IMG/VR virus record: IMGVR_UViG_3300044267_003698
Location: 1 to 29,761 of that record
DNA length: 29,761 nt
Origin: a virus
Taxonomy: Duplodnaviria > Caudoviricetes
Reading direction: 5' to 3' (one strand)
Positions 8,742-16,063 of this stretch are shown here, piece after piece (within the stretch, counting starts at the first letter, position 1; every line of letters begins with the position of its first letter). The position numbers and the translations under genes were made by a program. Below the pieces are notes generated by a model that ran no database searches, had not been told where the DNA came from, and saw only the letters and a list, made by a program, of their open reading frames with translations.

Positions 8742-10334
8742 TTACATCATTCCGTCTAGTGACGGTGCACTCTCCTCATGGAGAGGCTTTTTATTGTCAA
8801 ACATTTCTTTGGAGTTTTTGTACAGACGACCTGTCTGCATCTCGAACTCAAGGATTTGTTTAACGTTTCCGGGGGGTTGCTTCTTCTTAATCTCTTGAGC
8901 AACTTCCACTTGGTCCATTGAAACCAGTGCCAACGCGCATGCCATAACCATGTCATCATGGTGTCCAGAGTCAGCTTCGGGCTTACCAGATTTATTGAAT
9001 ACAAAGGTATTCATTTCTGCTTTTAGGGTTTCATCATTAGGTATGAGCCACTCTCTAGAGATGTACTCTTGTATTCTTGCGACCAGGACAGCGCGAGTAG
9101 ACGCTGTGGTGTAGAACCCCAGGTTCTCAGTCCATCGGTTGGTCGCCTTGTCGTACTTAACTCGCCGGTACAGGTGGGCGTACTCTCGCGCCACGAGCCC
9201 TTCTAGGACGCTAAGTCCGTAGCTATTGGCCTCGACACACACCATCGCTTTATACTCTTGCGCTTCTTTAAGTACCCTGTCTGTAAACGACGAAGGTGAT
9301 ATGCGCTCATAGTACGTGGCGACGATAAGCGGTTTCTTTTTGTCAGTACAGTCGAGCACTACGAAAGACGAGAAGTCACCGTGTTCTGAGCCCGATGCGA
9401 CATCGACACCCATGACATAAACTTTAAACTGCTGTGGCTCCATGTACTTACGGTAACCGGGAGATGCCTTTGAGTGTGCGTAGGTTCGGTTGAAGAACTT
9501 CTTACCTGAGCTAATAAAGGCGAGGTGGGCTTCTGGTGGATACTCTTGCAGGAAGGTGTTCCAGTTAGCGGCACACCGGGTTGAGTACGTCGATGCCGCC
9601 CAGTTAAGCTGGTACTTGTCAATCTCGTACTGCTGCTGTAAGTCTTCGATTTCTTTGGGAATCCATTGGGGCTTCTTTCTGCTTCTTGCGTCTTCTTGGT
9701 CTAGCCAAGAGATAAAGAGTTTCTCGAACCCGTTCTGCTCTTCCCAAATCTTATGGGCCTCGTTGAGCCCTTTGGCGGTTGTCTCAAGAGACACCATTGC
9801 GTTCTCGCCGGCAGTAGACATGGCTGCGGCTATAAGCTCCTCAATGTTGTCGTACTGTGCGAACTCGGAGCAGTGAATGGACTGGTAGGTACTTCCTCTA
9901 GCAGAGTCACTTCCTGCGGTAGCGGCGAGTATGTATCCGCCATGTGCGAACTGAATCTCGTGCTTGTTCTGCAGCTTAAGGTCAAACTGTAAGAACTTAG
10001 GCAGAAGGTCGTAGAATCGTTGGTAAATTCTAAAGATAGACTTTGCTGCGGAGTCTGTATGGGCGAGCACCAGGCACTGATAGTTCGGTGTGAAGAGTGT
10101 CTTCCAGAAGTTGTACCCGGCAATAATGGTGGTAATGCCGAGCTTTCTACTCTTAAGCACGTACACCCAGGGGTTGCGCTCGTTAGCTTCCAAGAACTGC
10201 CGCTGTGCATAGTTGGGCAGGAGTGCAGCGACCCTCCCCTTTTTATCAAGTATTTTCAGGTACTTGTCACAGAAATAGCCAAAGTCTTCCTGACACTTGC
10301 GGATTTCTTTGGCGGCCTTCTTGGTAAATTTCAT
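8742..10334 (-). CDS. terL: Terminase large subunit
   Basis: Walker A-like LKSRKLGITT, Walker B-like IHCSEFA, ETTAKG, RNase H-like nuclease YVMGVDVASG...GDFS, VEANSYG, HDDMVMA. Confidence 0.95.
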   Translation of the reverse strand: MKFTKKAAKEIRKCQEDFGYFCDKYLKILDKKGRVAALLPNYAQRQFLEANERNPWVYVLKSRKLGITTIIAGYNFWKTLFTPNYQCLVLAHTDSAAKSIFRIYQRFYDLLPKFLQFDLKLQNKHEIQFAHGGYILAATAGSDSARGSTYQSIHCSEFAQYDNIEELIAAAMSTAGENAMVSLETTAKGLNEAHKIWEEQNGFEKLFISWLDQEDARSRKKPQWIPKEIEDLQQQYEIDKYQLNWAASTYSTRCAANWNTFLQEYPPEAHLAFISSGKKFFNRTYAHSKASPGYRKYMEPQQFKVYVMGVDVASGSEHGDFSSFVVLDCTDKKKPLIVATYYERISPSSFTDRVLKEAQEYKAMVCVEANSYGLSVLEGLVAREYAHLYRRVKYDKATNRWTENLGFYTTASTRAVLVARIQEYISREWLIPNDETLKAEMNTFVFNKSGKPEADSGHHDDMVMACALALVSMDQVEVAQEIKKKQPPGNVKQILEFEMQTGRLYKNSKEMFDNKKPLHEESAPSLDGMM

Positions 10335-10816
10335 TAATTCACGTCGAAGCTAGAGGATGCTGGCAGGTAGCCGAGATAGCTTTGAGTAATCTCTTCCTTG
10401 TCTTTCATGTCGGTTTCACGGTGGAGTACGGTATGGAAGGCTGAGATAAACTTCACAAGCTCTCTAGCGAACTGCACGCACTCACGCTTATGTGTGCTTT
10501 TGGCGTTATGCACCGGCTCATTAAGCTCCATGATAGTGGAATCGAACTTCTCTAGCATTGCTCTACAAAACCTGTGGTGTGTTGTAAGCGATGCGTTTGA
10601 GTAGGGCTTTAGTTTCGCGAGGATGTCTTTTGTTTCCTCTGCACAGATAAGGAACGTCGCCTTCATGTTCTGGACATCGGTAAGCTTCTTCTCTCCGTCA
10701 TCTGCTAGCGGCGGAGCGATAATGCAGTCCATCGTGTTCTTAATCTGCGAGATGTACTGTGCAAGCACACTCTCCACCATCCCTGCCGGGAAAATTGTCG
10801 TAACGGTTTCACCCAT
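10334..10816 (-). CDS. Hypothetical helical protein
   Basis: 160 aa; one-base stop/start overlaps with both neighbours (TGATG, TAATG). Confidence 0.7.
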   Translation of the reverse strand: MGETVTTIFPAGMVESVLAQYISQIKNTMDCIIAPPLADDGEKKLTDVQNMKATFLICAEETKDILAKLKPYSNASLTTHHRFCRAMLEKFDSTIMELNEPVHNAKSTHKRECVQFARELVKFISAFHTVLHRETDMKDKEEITQSYLGYLPASSSFDVN

Positions 10817-11079
10817 CAGTCACCCTCTACATGGTCTGATTTAATTTTATGGAGTGCGCGAAGCGACCTAACGGTAGCCTCAAGGTCATCGAGTACCTTG
10901 TGGATGCTAGGCGCTTCTCGCTTTCCTATTTCTTGCGTCTGAAAATAGAGGTCAAGCGCTTCCCTCATCATCCGACTCATACTCTTCCCCAGCTTCTTCT
11001 TTGCCTTTACGAGAGTCTTTAGCTGGCTTTCCCTTATCGCCAGAGTCGTGTTCTTCTTCACCCCGTGGTCCATCTTCAT
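10816..11079 (-). CDS. Ribbon-helix-helix (CopG-like) DNA-binding protein
   Basis: KNTTLAIRESQLKTLVKAKKKLGKSMSRMMREALDLYF fits the RHH pattern; ATGA overlap with the TerS-like stop. Confidence 0.7.
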   Translation of the reverse strand: MKMDHGVKKNTTLAIRESQLKTLVKAKKKLGKSMSRMMREALDLYFQTQEIGKREAPSIHKVLDDLEATVRSLRALHKIKSDHVEGD

Positions 11080-11227
11080 GGTGTTCCTCCATCATGTGGC
11101 GAGGGGGTTTCATCATCAGGCTGACGCTGATTCCCGCCACCTTGTCCATCGGCAGCTCGTCGAGCTTCGACAGCATCTTCATCGCGGCCACTTTCGCCGC
11201 CTTCTTCATTTTCATTCCGTGTCCCAC
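10952..11227 (-). CDS. Putative overprinted small protein (basic N-terminus, acidic tail)
   Basis: GGAG SD before GTG at 11227; contains AAMKM also seen in 5648..5842; lies entirely within two other reading frames. Confidence 0.45.
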   Translation of the reverse strand: MGHGMKMKKAAKVAAMKMLSKLDELPMDKVAGISVSLMMKPPRHMMEEHHEDGPRGEEEHDSGDKGKPAKDSRKGKEEAGEEYESDDEGSA

Positions 11228-11660
11228 GTTTACTCTCCAGTTGTTTTGGCCGCGCTAAAACGTCAACCAGGTCTAAGGTCGTTTCACTCTTCATCATATC
11301 AAGCCTGGCCTTTCCAAGCTCAAGCTCAAGCATTTCCTTCTGGAGCCTAACCTTTTTAAGCTTCTCATCCAAGGGGTCGCGCCAATGTGTATACCTTCTT
11401 TCCAGTAACCACTTGGCTGTAGCAGGGCTTGTCTCCGCATGCTCATTGATAATCGCAACGAGCTTCTCTTCGGCCTCCGCCATCGCAAAGTTAAACGCCT
11501 CCTTAAAGTCCTCACGAGCAGGGTCAGTCAACCAACGCTGCACCGTAGTCTTCCCCACCGCAGCCTTCTTACACGCCATATTAAGCGTCTGCCCATTGCG
11601 GATACTATCCAGGATAATACTCACCCTTTGCTGGTCAAACTTAGTAGTACCACTACTCAT
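11076..11660 (-). CDS. Terminase small subunit-like HTH protein
   Basis: ILDSIRNGQTLNMACKKAAVGKTTVQRWL HTH and AKWLLERR motif, upstream of TerL. I prefer ATG 11660 over the track's 11807 start. Confidence 0.75.
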   Translation of the reverse strand: MSSGTTKFDQQRVSIILDSIRNGQTLNMACKKAAVGKTTVQRWLTDPAREDFKEAFNFAMAEAEEKLVAIINEHAETSPATAKWLLERRYTHWRDPLDEKLKKVRLQKEMLELELGKARLDMMKSETTLDLVDVLARPKQLESKRGTRNENEEGGESGRDEDAVEARRAADGQGGGNQRQPDDETPSPHDGGTP

Positions 11661-12218
11661 AAAGAACACCTTGGTACAATTCTTGAAGTGACCAGAAATA
11701 GACTGGCCGCTCGACCCAACATACCCGTATATGTAGGTTTTAATTACCCTTAATTCCAACACCTTATGGCTGTCAAGTAAGTTGCCACTTGACAAGGTAG
11801 TTGGCACGGGTGATGCAATTGTATTCCTATCCCCTCTTATGGATTCCTGTGCTTCGTTTAGGTTGTCTGGTTCAAGTAGTTCTGAGCCAGTTCAAAAACC
11901 TGACAAACCAAAAAACGGATTCCAAAATTGGACCGCGAGTTTTTGTGTCCCCTTTTTTTGAGCCCGCGAAAGCAAACCCCGTCCTCGACTCCTGACACTC
12001 CAGGCAGATTCCACCACGGGTCGACCTCCCATTGCGACAAATCGCATGGGGTATCGGAGAAAGGGGCTTGGAATTCCCAATGATGCGGGGGGGTCAATTT
12101 GGGGTATGGGAAATTTCCCTACACAATACCCCCGCCCTTTACTACTCCGCCACAATTCCCATCAAACCCTGACAGGCTATCAGATGCGCTTGGGTTGCGA
12201 TTTATTGTGTCAAGGTTC

Positions 12219-12247
12219 TTGACTGGTCGGGATTGTGCCTGTATGGT
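12219..12247 (+). promoter_or_regulatory. Sigma70-type early promoter
   Basis: TTGACT-17 bp-TATGGT upstream of the plus-strand operon. Confidence 0.7.
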
Positions 12248-12283
12248 CGTTGCATGGTTACAGAGTGTAACCGTTCAATAATT

Positions 12284-12297
12284 AAACTAGGATGTGA
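12284..12297 (+). promoter_or_regulatory. RBS leader motif AAACTAGGATGTGA, copy 1
   Basis: 14-nt exact match to 14485-14498; ends 4 nt before ATG 12302. Confidence 0.75.
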
Positions 12298-12301
12298 TGT
12301 T

Positions 12302-12505
12302 ATGTTGTACGAAGAAGCAATCGCTTGGTTGTCATTGTTCGTTATCTTGTTCTTAGTCGTTTCAACGGTCTTTGCTCAGGAGTGGCTCGAGAGTAGGCGT
12401 CAGCTCGTATCAGAACGTGAGAACGCGGAGTTGATGCGGCTTAAGCTTGTAGCTGACATTAAGCGTCTTCGACGCATTGCCAATGATGGAGGCTTCTCAT
12501 GCTAG
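12302..12505 (+). CDS. Small membrane protein with coiled coil
   Basis: MLYEEAIAWLSLFVILFLVVSTVFA TM helix; start chosen from the RBS. Confidence 0.65.
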   Translation: MLYEEAIAWLSLFVILFLVVSTVFAQEWLESRRQLVSERENAELMRLKLVADIKRLRRIANDGGFSC

Positions 12506-12858
12506 GCGATACGGATAAAGCGTGGTTTGTTCTTCCTGACGTGCAGTCGATGATTCATCGGTGTTCTGCATTAGGTCCCTGGTTTGCGCGCACCCCCGAA
12601 GGATGGGACCTCTATACTGGCTCCAGTACGCCGGTTCAGATAACGGCCCACCTTAGCAGGCCTGATGAAGCTCTCAGTGTCCGTAAGGATTGGGAAGGTC
12701 CAGTGATGGAATCGCGCGCCGCTTGTGGCTGTGTTCGGTACCGTGCCGTTTATGCTTTTGAGCTTAAGCCTGTAGGCAAAGCGGGAGCGCTTGAAGTTTG
12801 CGTTCTCCTTAATTCCAAGACATGCGACCTAAAGCCAGTAGGGGGTGAATCATGCTAA
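12499..12858 (+). CDS. Hypothetical early protein
   Basis: 119 aa; SD plus overlap coupling at both ends. Confidence 0.65.
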   Translation: MLGDTDKAWFVLPDVQSMIHRCSALGPWFARTPEGWDLYTGSSTPVQITAHLSRPDEALSVRKDWEGPVMESRAACGCVRYRAVYAFELKPVGKAGALEVCVLLNSKTCDLKPVGGESC

Positions 12859-13349
12859 GCGCAGAACAGCTACAGTTATTAATGGCATGGATAGGCGGTG
12901 GATACGTTACGGGTGAGAGGAGAGAGTTGCTTTCAGCTCTCGTTGATAGCCTTGTGAATGACTATCCGTGTAGGCTTCACCTTGTTCAAGGCTCTATCAA
13001 TGCCTTGTATGAAACACGTCATAACATGGGCGGAATAGATTGGGATATGCAGCTCGACTTTATTGCCATTGAGAAGGCTCTTGTCAATCAGATGAATGGC
13101 ATTCTCAACGAATGGAGACTAGCCAAGAGGCTGGTCATTGATAGCAGGAAGCTTCCAAAGGGATACCCTGGGGGTCATAGGCGGATACGTGTATTTGCTA
13201 CCCGTATGGATGAATGCCGGTATCTAATGGCTGAGGATATGCTTGGCAAGCGTGAGCCTTCACTTGAACGGTTGCTTGCGCAAGTAAACGCCACAACAGC
13301 CAATCTAGAAGACTCACCAGACGCGATGAAGGAAGGCGCATCATGCTAA
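12852..13349 (+). CDS. Hypothetical early protein
   Basis: 165 aa; SD plus overlap coupling. Confidence 0.65.
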   Translation: MLSAEQLQLLMAWIGGGYVTGERRELLSALVDSLVNDYPCRLHLVQGSINALYETRHNMGGIDWDMQLDFIAIEKALVNQMNGILNEWRLAKRLVIDSRKLPKGYPGGHRRIRVFATRMDECRYLMAEDMLGKREPSLERLLAQVNATTANLEDSPDAMKEGASC

Positions 13350-13717
13350 TTAAAGAAGAGATTCTATTTTTACGCAACACCAGAGACGGTTCGCGCATTA
13401 CTCGGATGCTGGTGTTCGATAGCGAGTGGAGCCAAGCACACTGGGAAGGTCGGCGTGATGAAGTGCACGGGTCCCGAATGATTCGAGTGCCGGAAAAGCG
13501 TGCCTATGCTCTTCCCAATGGTGACCACGAGTTGATTCTGGTTAACCGCGAACAATGGGACAAAGCGCCACACCTAAAGCCTGGCCGATACCTTGGGCGG
13601 GTTATCTCGCATCATATAGCGGGTGAAGAGATGGACCGTTGTCTTGCGGATTGCGATGACTGTGACGAGTACAGGCGAGCAAGCGGGCTTTACTTAATGA
13701 GAGGTGAATCATGCTAG
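13343..13717 (+). CDS. Hypothetical early protein
   Basis: 124 aa; Cys cluster CxxxCxxC near the C-terminus; coupled. Confidence 0.65.
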   Translation: MLIKEEILFLRNTRDGSRITRMLVFDSEWSQAHWEGRRDEVHGSRMIRVPEKRAYALPNGDHELILVNREQWDKAPHLKPGRYLGRVISHHIAGEEMDRCLADCDDCDEYRRASGLYLMRGESC

Positions 13718-13923
13718 GCAAGACTGAAAGGCATTATACGTGCAGAGACTGCCATGGTTCGGATATTCATTCTCCTTTCTGGATTGACGTGAACACGCGA
13801 GAAGAAAAGGGAGCCTACACTGCGCAGGGTTACCCGTCGCGCTACCGCATTTTTTGGTGTGGTACGTGTGAGGAACCCAAGCAACATAGCAAGATTGAAT
13901 CACATATCATCGGAGGTGAATGA
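13711..13923 (+). CDS. Small zinc-ribbon protein
   Basis: Two CxxC pairs (CRDC...WCGTC). Confidence 0.65.
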   Translation: MLGKTERHYTCRDCHGSDIHSPFWIDVNTREEKGAYTAQGYPSRYRIFWCGTCEEPKQHSKIESHIIGGE

Positions 13924-14426
13924 TGCCAGCAGTGTATGAAGACTTCATCGAATGGACGTCAGGTAAAGAGTTAGAGAAAGAGATAGAGGCGCGCTTTCCG
14001 CTTTATATTGTGGACGGGGTCTTCCAGGAAGACAATTGTTCAACAGATGACGACTACTGGACAAACCGCAAGGGCGTTCTGCCATCGCTAGAGATAACCG
14101 CGCATGATGTTCTCGAGGTGCTCTTGTGGGCTAACGTGGTCCGCTATAGCTTCGACGACTATTACGCGGAAGATGATGAGTTTATCATCACACTCGATGA
14201 GATAGTTGACGCAATAGCAGAGCATAACAAGAACCCGTCCAGTCAATGGTTTAACCCCGCATCATTGTGTCGGTTCTATTTGAGTGACCTTCTAGACCCG
14301 GGTCGCAGCCTTTTGGTACACCTTGTCGAGAGTACAAGGGCAGAGGTCTGGAAGGGGAAAGAGCCGGAGATTGATGCTCAAGACTACCTAAAGCACCTGA
14401 TACAGGAACTGAAAATAAATTATTGA
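13920..14426 (+). CDS. Hypothetical acidic protein
   Basis: 168 aa, D/E-rich; GGAGG SD (start could be ATG 13923). Confidence 0.65.
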   Translation: MMPAVYEDFIEWTSGKELEKEIEARFPLYIVDGVFQEDNCSTDDDYWTNRKGVLPSLEITAHDVLEVLLWANVVRYSFDDYYAEDDEFIITLDEIVDAIAEHNKNPSSQWFNPASLCRFYLSDLLDPGRSLLVHLVESTRAEVWKGKEPEIDAQDYLKHLIQELKINY

Positions 14427-14441
14427 TTCCAGCTCGGAAGG

Positions 14442-14498
14442 GTGACCGTTTGGTTGTTCTTCCTATGGTGAAATCAATCACCCAAAACTAGGATGTGA
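14442..14498 (+). promoter_or_regulatory. Second early promoter and leader motif AAACTAGGATGTGA, copy 2
   Basis: GTGACC-16 bp-TATGGT (same -10 as the 12219 promoter); leader 14485-14498 ends 4 nt before ATG 14503. Confidence 0.55.
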
Positions 14499-14502
14499 GA
14501 CA

Positions 14503-15267
14503 ATGGATAAGGGTACCCGTGCGCCTGGTAGGCGTCAAGGCAGGCACAAAAGAAGGAAGGAGCAACGAAGAAAGAACGGTAGAAACTCAGAGGTTATATA
14601 CCGTGGACCGTCTGAAATAGACGGCGCCCCCATTATCGTAATCGTAACCGGACTCGCTAAAGCTTCAAGCAATCCCAAGACCGGCGACATGCTGCAAGTC
14701 TTCATCTTATTGCAAGATGTAGCGCCCAACCTGGCCACTAAGACCGGACAAGATGTTAGCATCTGCGCTAATTGCAAGCTTAGGCCGTTTCTATTTAAGA
14801 AAGGCGAGGTATCCAGAAAGCCTTGCTACGTCAAAGTATGGCAAGCCCCACTATCAACCTGGAAAGCGAACAAGGACCGAGAAGCAATTCCCTTGCAAGC
14901 TATCGCGCCACTAATAGCAGGAAGGCGATTAAGGCGCGGAGCATATGGGGACCCGCGCGCGGTTCCTGCTTATATATGGGCCGAGATTGACAATCCAGGA
15001 ACAGGCTACACTCATCAATGGGAAAACGCGGACATGCAATCGTTTCTCATGGCTTCAGTCCACTCAAAAGAAGAAAAGAAACGAGCCAATGACAGAGGAT
15101 ACCGCACGTTCAGAATTATCAGCGCATTAGATGAAGTCGGAGCGGATGAGATACTATGCCCGGCCAGTAAAGAAGCCGGAGCCCGAACTTCATGCGCGAA
15201 GTGTAACCTGTGCAACGGGAAGCGAGACAACGACAAGCGCAAAAACATTGCAATCATAGCACACTAA
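14503..15267 (+). CDS. Cys-rich phage protein, Gp88/DUF7227-like putative Fe-S protein
   Basis: SSNPKTG, ICANC...PCYV, R.GAYGDP, GYTHQW, MASV, CPAS...CAKCNLC motifs. Confidence 0.7.
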   Translation: MDKGTRAPGRRQGRHKRRKEQRRKNGRNSEVIYRGPSEIDGAPIIVIVTGLAKASSNPKTGDMLQVFILLQDVAPNLATKTGQDVSICANCKLRPFLFKKGEVSRKPCYVKVWQAPLSTWKANKDREAIPLQAIAPLIAGRRLRRGAYGDPRAVPAYIWAEIDNPGTGYTHQWENADMQSFLMASVHSKEEKKRANDRGYRTFRIISALDEVGADEILCPASKEAGARTSCAKCNLCNGKRDNDKRKNIAIIAH

Positions 15268-15280
15268 GTAAGGCGAAAAG

Positions 15281-15517
15281 ATGAATCATCAGCACAATTG
15301 CGAGCGCTGCCAAACAATCGGAACCATTAAGGATAGCGAGTTCAAGAGAACTTACGACTTGTATTATTGCGAAATAGGCGCAAAACCTACAGTCATTGCC
15401 AGGTACGGAAGCGAACCGCACGAGTACATGTCCGGCATGATATCAGCTAGGCGCGGAGTCTACCCGTTATCCGTTGCGCTATCAATGGCCACAGAAAAGG
15501 GTATCATTTCGCACTAG
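15281..15517 (+). CDS. Hypothetical protein
   Basis: 78 aa; HNCERC and YDLYYC...TVIARYG...EY.SG pattern of small phage proteins. Confidence 0.65.
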   Translation: MNHQHNCERCQTIGTIKDSEFKRTYDLYYCEIGAKPTVIARYGSEPHEYMSGMISARRGVYPLSVALSMATEKGIISH

Positions 15518-15538
15518 TCGCCAACACATAACGCAATC

Positions 15539-15584
15539 CAAAGGACCCTTCCTTAGTCGAAAGACTCAAGGTTAGGGTCCTTTG
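15539..15584. terminator. Long hairpin at the convergence of the early operon and the HTH gene
   Basis: CAAAGGACCCT-T-CCTT-AGTC-GAAA-GACT-C-AAGG-TT-AGGGTCCTTTG; no U tract. Confidence 0.5.
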
Positions 15585-15801
15585 CGCATGCAGCTGCGCC
15601 TACTCGGCGAACGGTAGCGGATAGGTCCATCTCAGGATAGGCGAGACTCAAGAGATACAATTCTTTGAGTGACATCCGCCTATGCCCGGCGCGTTTATGC
15701 GCGAGTGTTTCGCCTTTAATGCCCAAGACCTTCGCAACATTGGCAACACCATACGTGCGCGTAATCGCGTGAAGGTCAATTGTCTTTTTATAGTGGCTCA
15801 T
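15553..15801 (-). CDS. HTH (XRE/Cro-like) transcriptional regulator
   Basis: YGVANVAKVLGIKGETLAHKRAGHRRMSLKEL..L HTH pattern; start set at ATG 15801. Confidence 0.7.
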   Translation of the reverse strand: MSHYKKTIDLHAITRTYGVANVAKVLGIKGETLAHKRAGHRRMSLKELYLLSLAYPEMDLSATVRRVGAAACAKDPNLESFD

Positions 15802-15887
15802 GAGTGTGCATATATTCCACACGGCCCAAGGTGTCAAGTAACTTCACAGTAAGGGGTGGAAAGTAAGTAGACAGACAACCAACACAA

Positions 15888-15942
15888 TGTACCGAGCGGT
15901 ATATGTACCGAGCAGTACATAGAAAATGTACCGAGCGGTACA
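15888..15942. repeat. Three copies of a 16-bp palindrome TGTACCG-AG-CGGTACA (operator/iteron-like)
   Basis: 15888 TGTACCGAGCGGTATA; 15904 TGTACCGAGCAGTACA; 15927 TGTACCGAGCGGTACA. Confidence 0.85.
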
Positions 15943-16022
15943 GAAAAGTAAAATCCTGTGGGGATTTTCAGGACAATTCCACTAACACTCCAGGCTCCTA
16001 ACTCGAGTCTATCAAAAATAAA

Positions 16023-16053
16023 TTGTCAGGTGGCAGAATATTTTTGTCAGGTG
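16023..16053. repeat. Direct repeat TTGTCAGGTG x2 with 21-bp period
   Basis: Copies at 16023-16032 and 16044-16053 in an AT-rich context. Confidence 0.6.
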
Positions 16054-16063
16054 ACAAGCTTGC

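Larger units (their letters stand above)
12488..13929 (+). repeat. Dispersed 18-nt gene-junction repeat, 5 copies (consensus RRRGGYNNNTCATGCTAR)
   Basis: 12488 GGAGGCTTCTCATGCTAG; 12841 GGGGGTGAATCATGCTAA; 13332 GAAGGCGCATCATGCTAA; 13700 AGAGGTGAATCATGCTAG; 13912 GGAGGTGAATGATGCCAG. Confidence 0.85.

Noticed and set aside
11801-12281. Short ORFs in the TerS-early gap
   Set aside because: No SD, homopolymer-driven composition and conflicting frames; more likely non-coding.
12488-13929. Integron attC sites or CRISPR repeats
   Set aside because: No RYYYAAC/GTTRRRY palindromic attC structure, no integrase, and spacing equals whole genes.
15254-15517. Similar gene ends IIAH* and IISH*
   Set aside because: Only two short, imperfect copies; could be chance.
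15888-15942. Mini-CRISPR array
   Set aside because: 16-bp units with 0- and 7-bp gaps; no spacers or cas genes.
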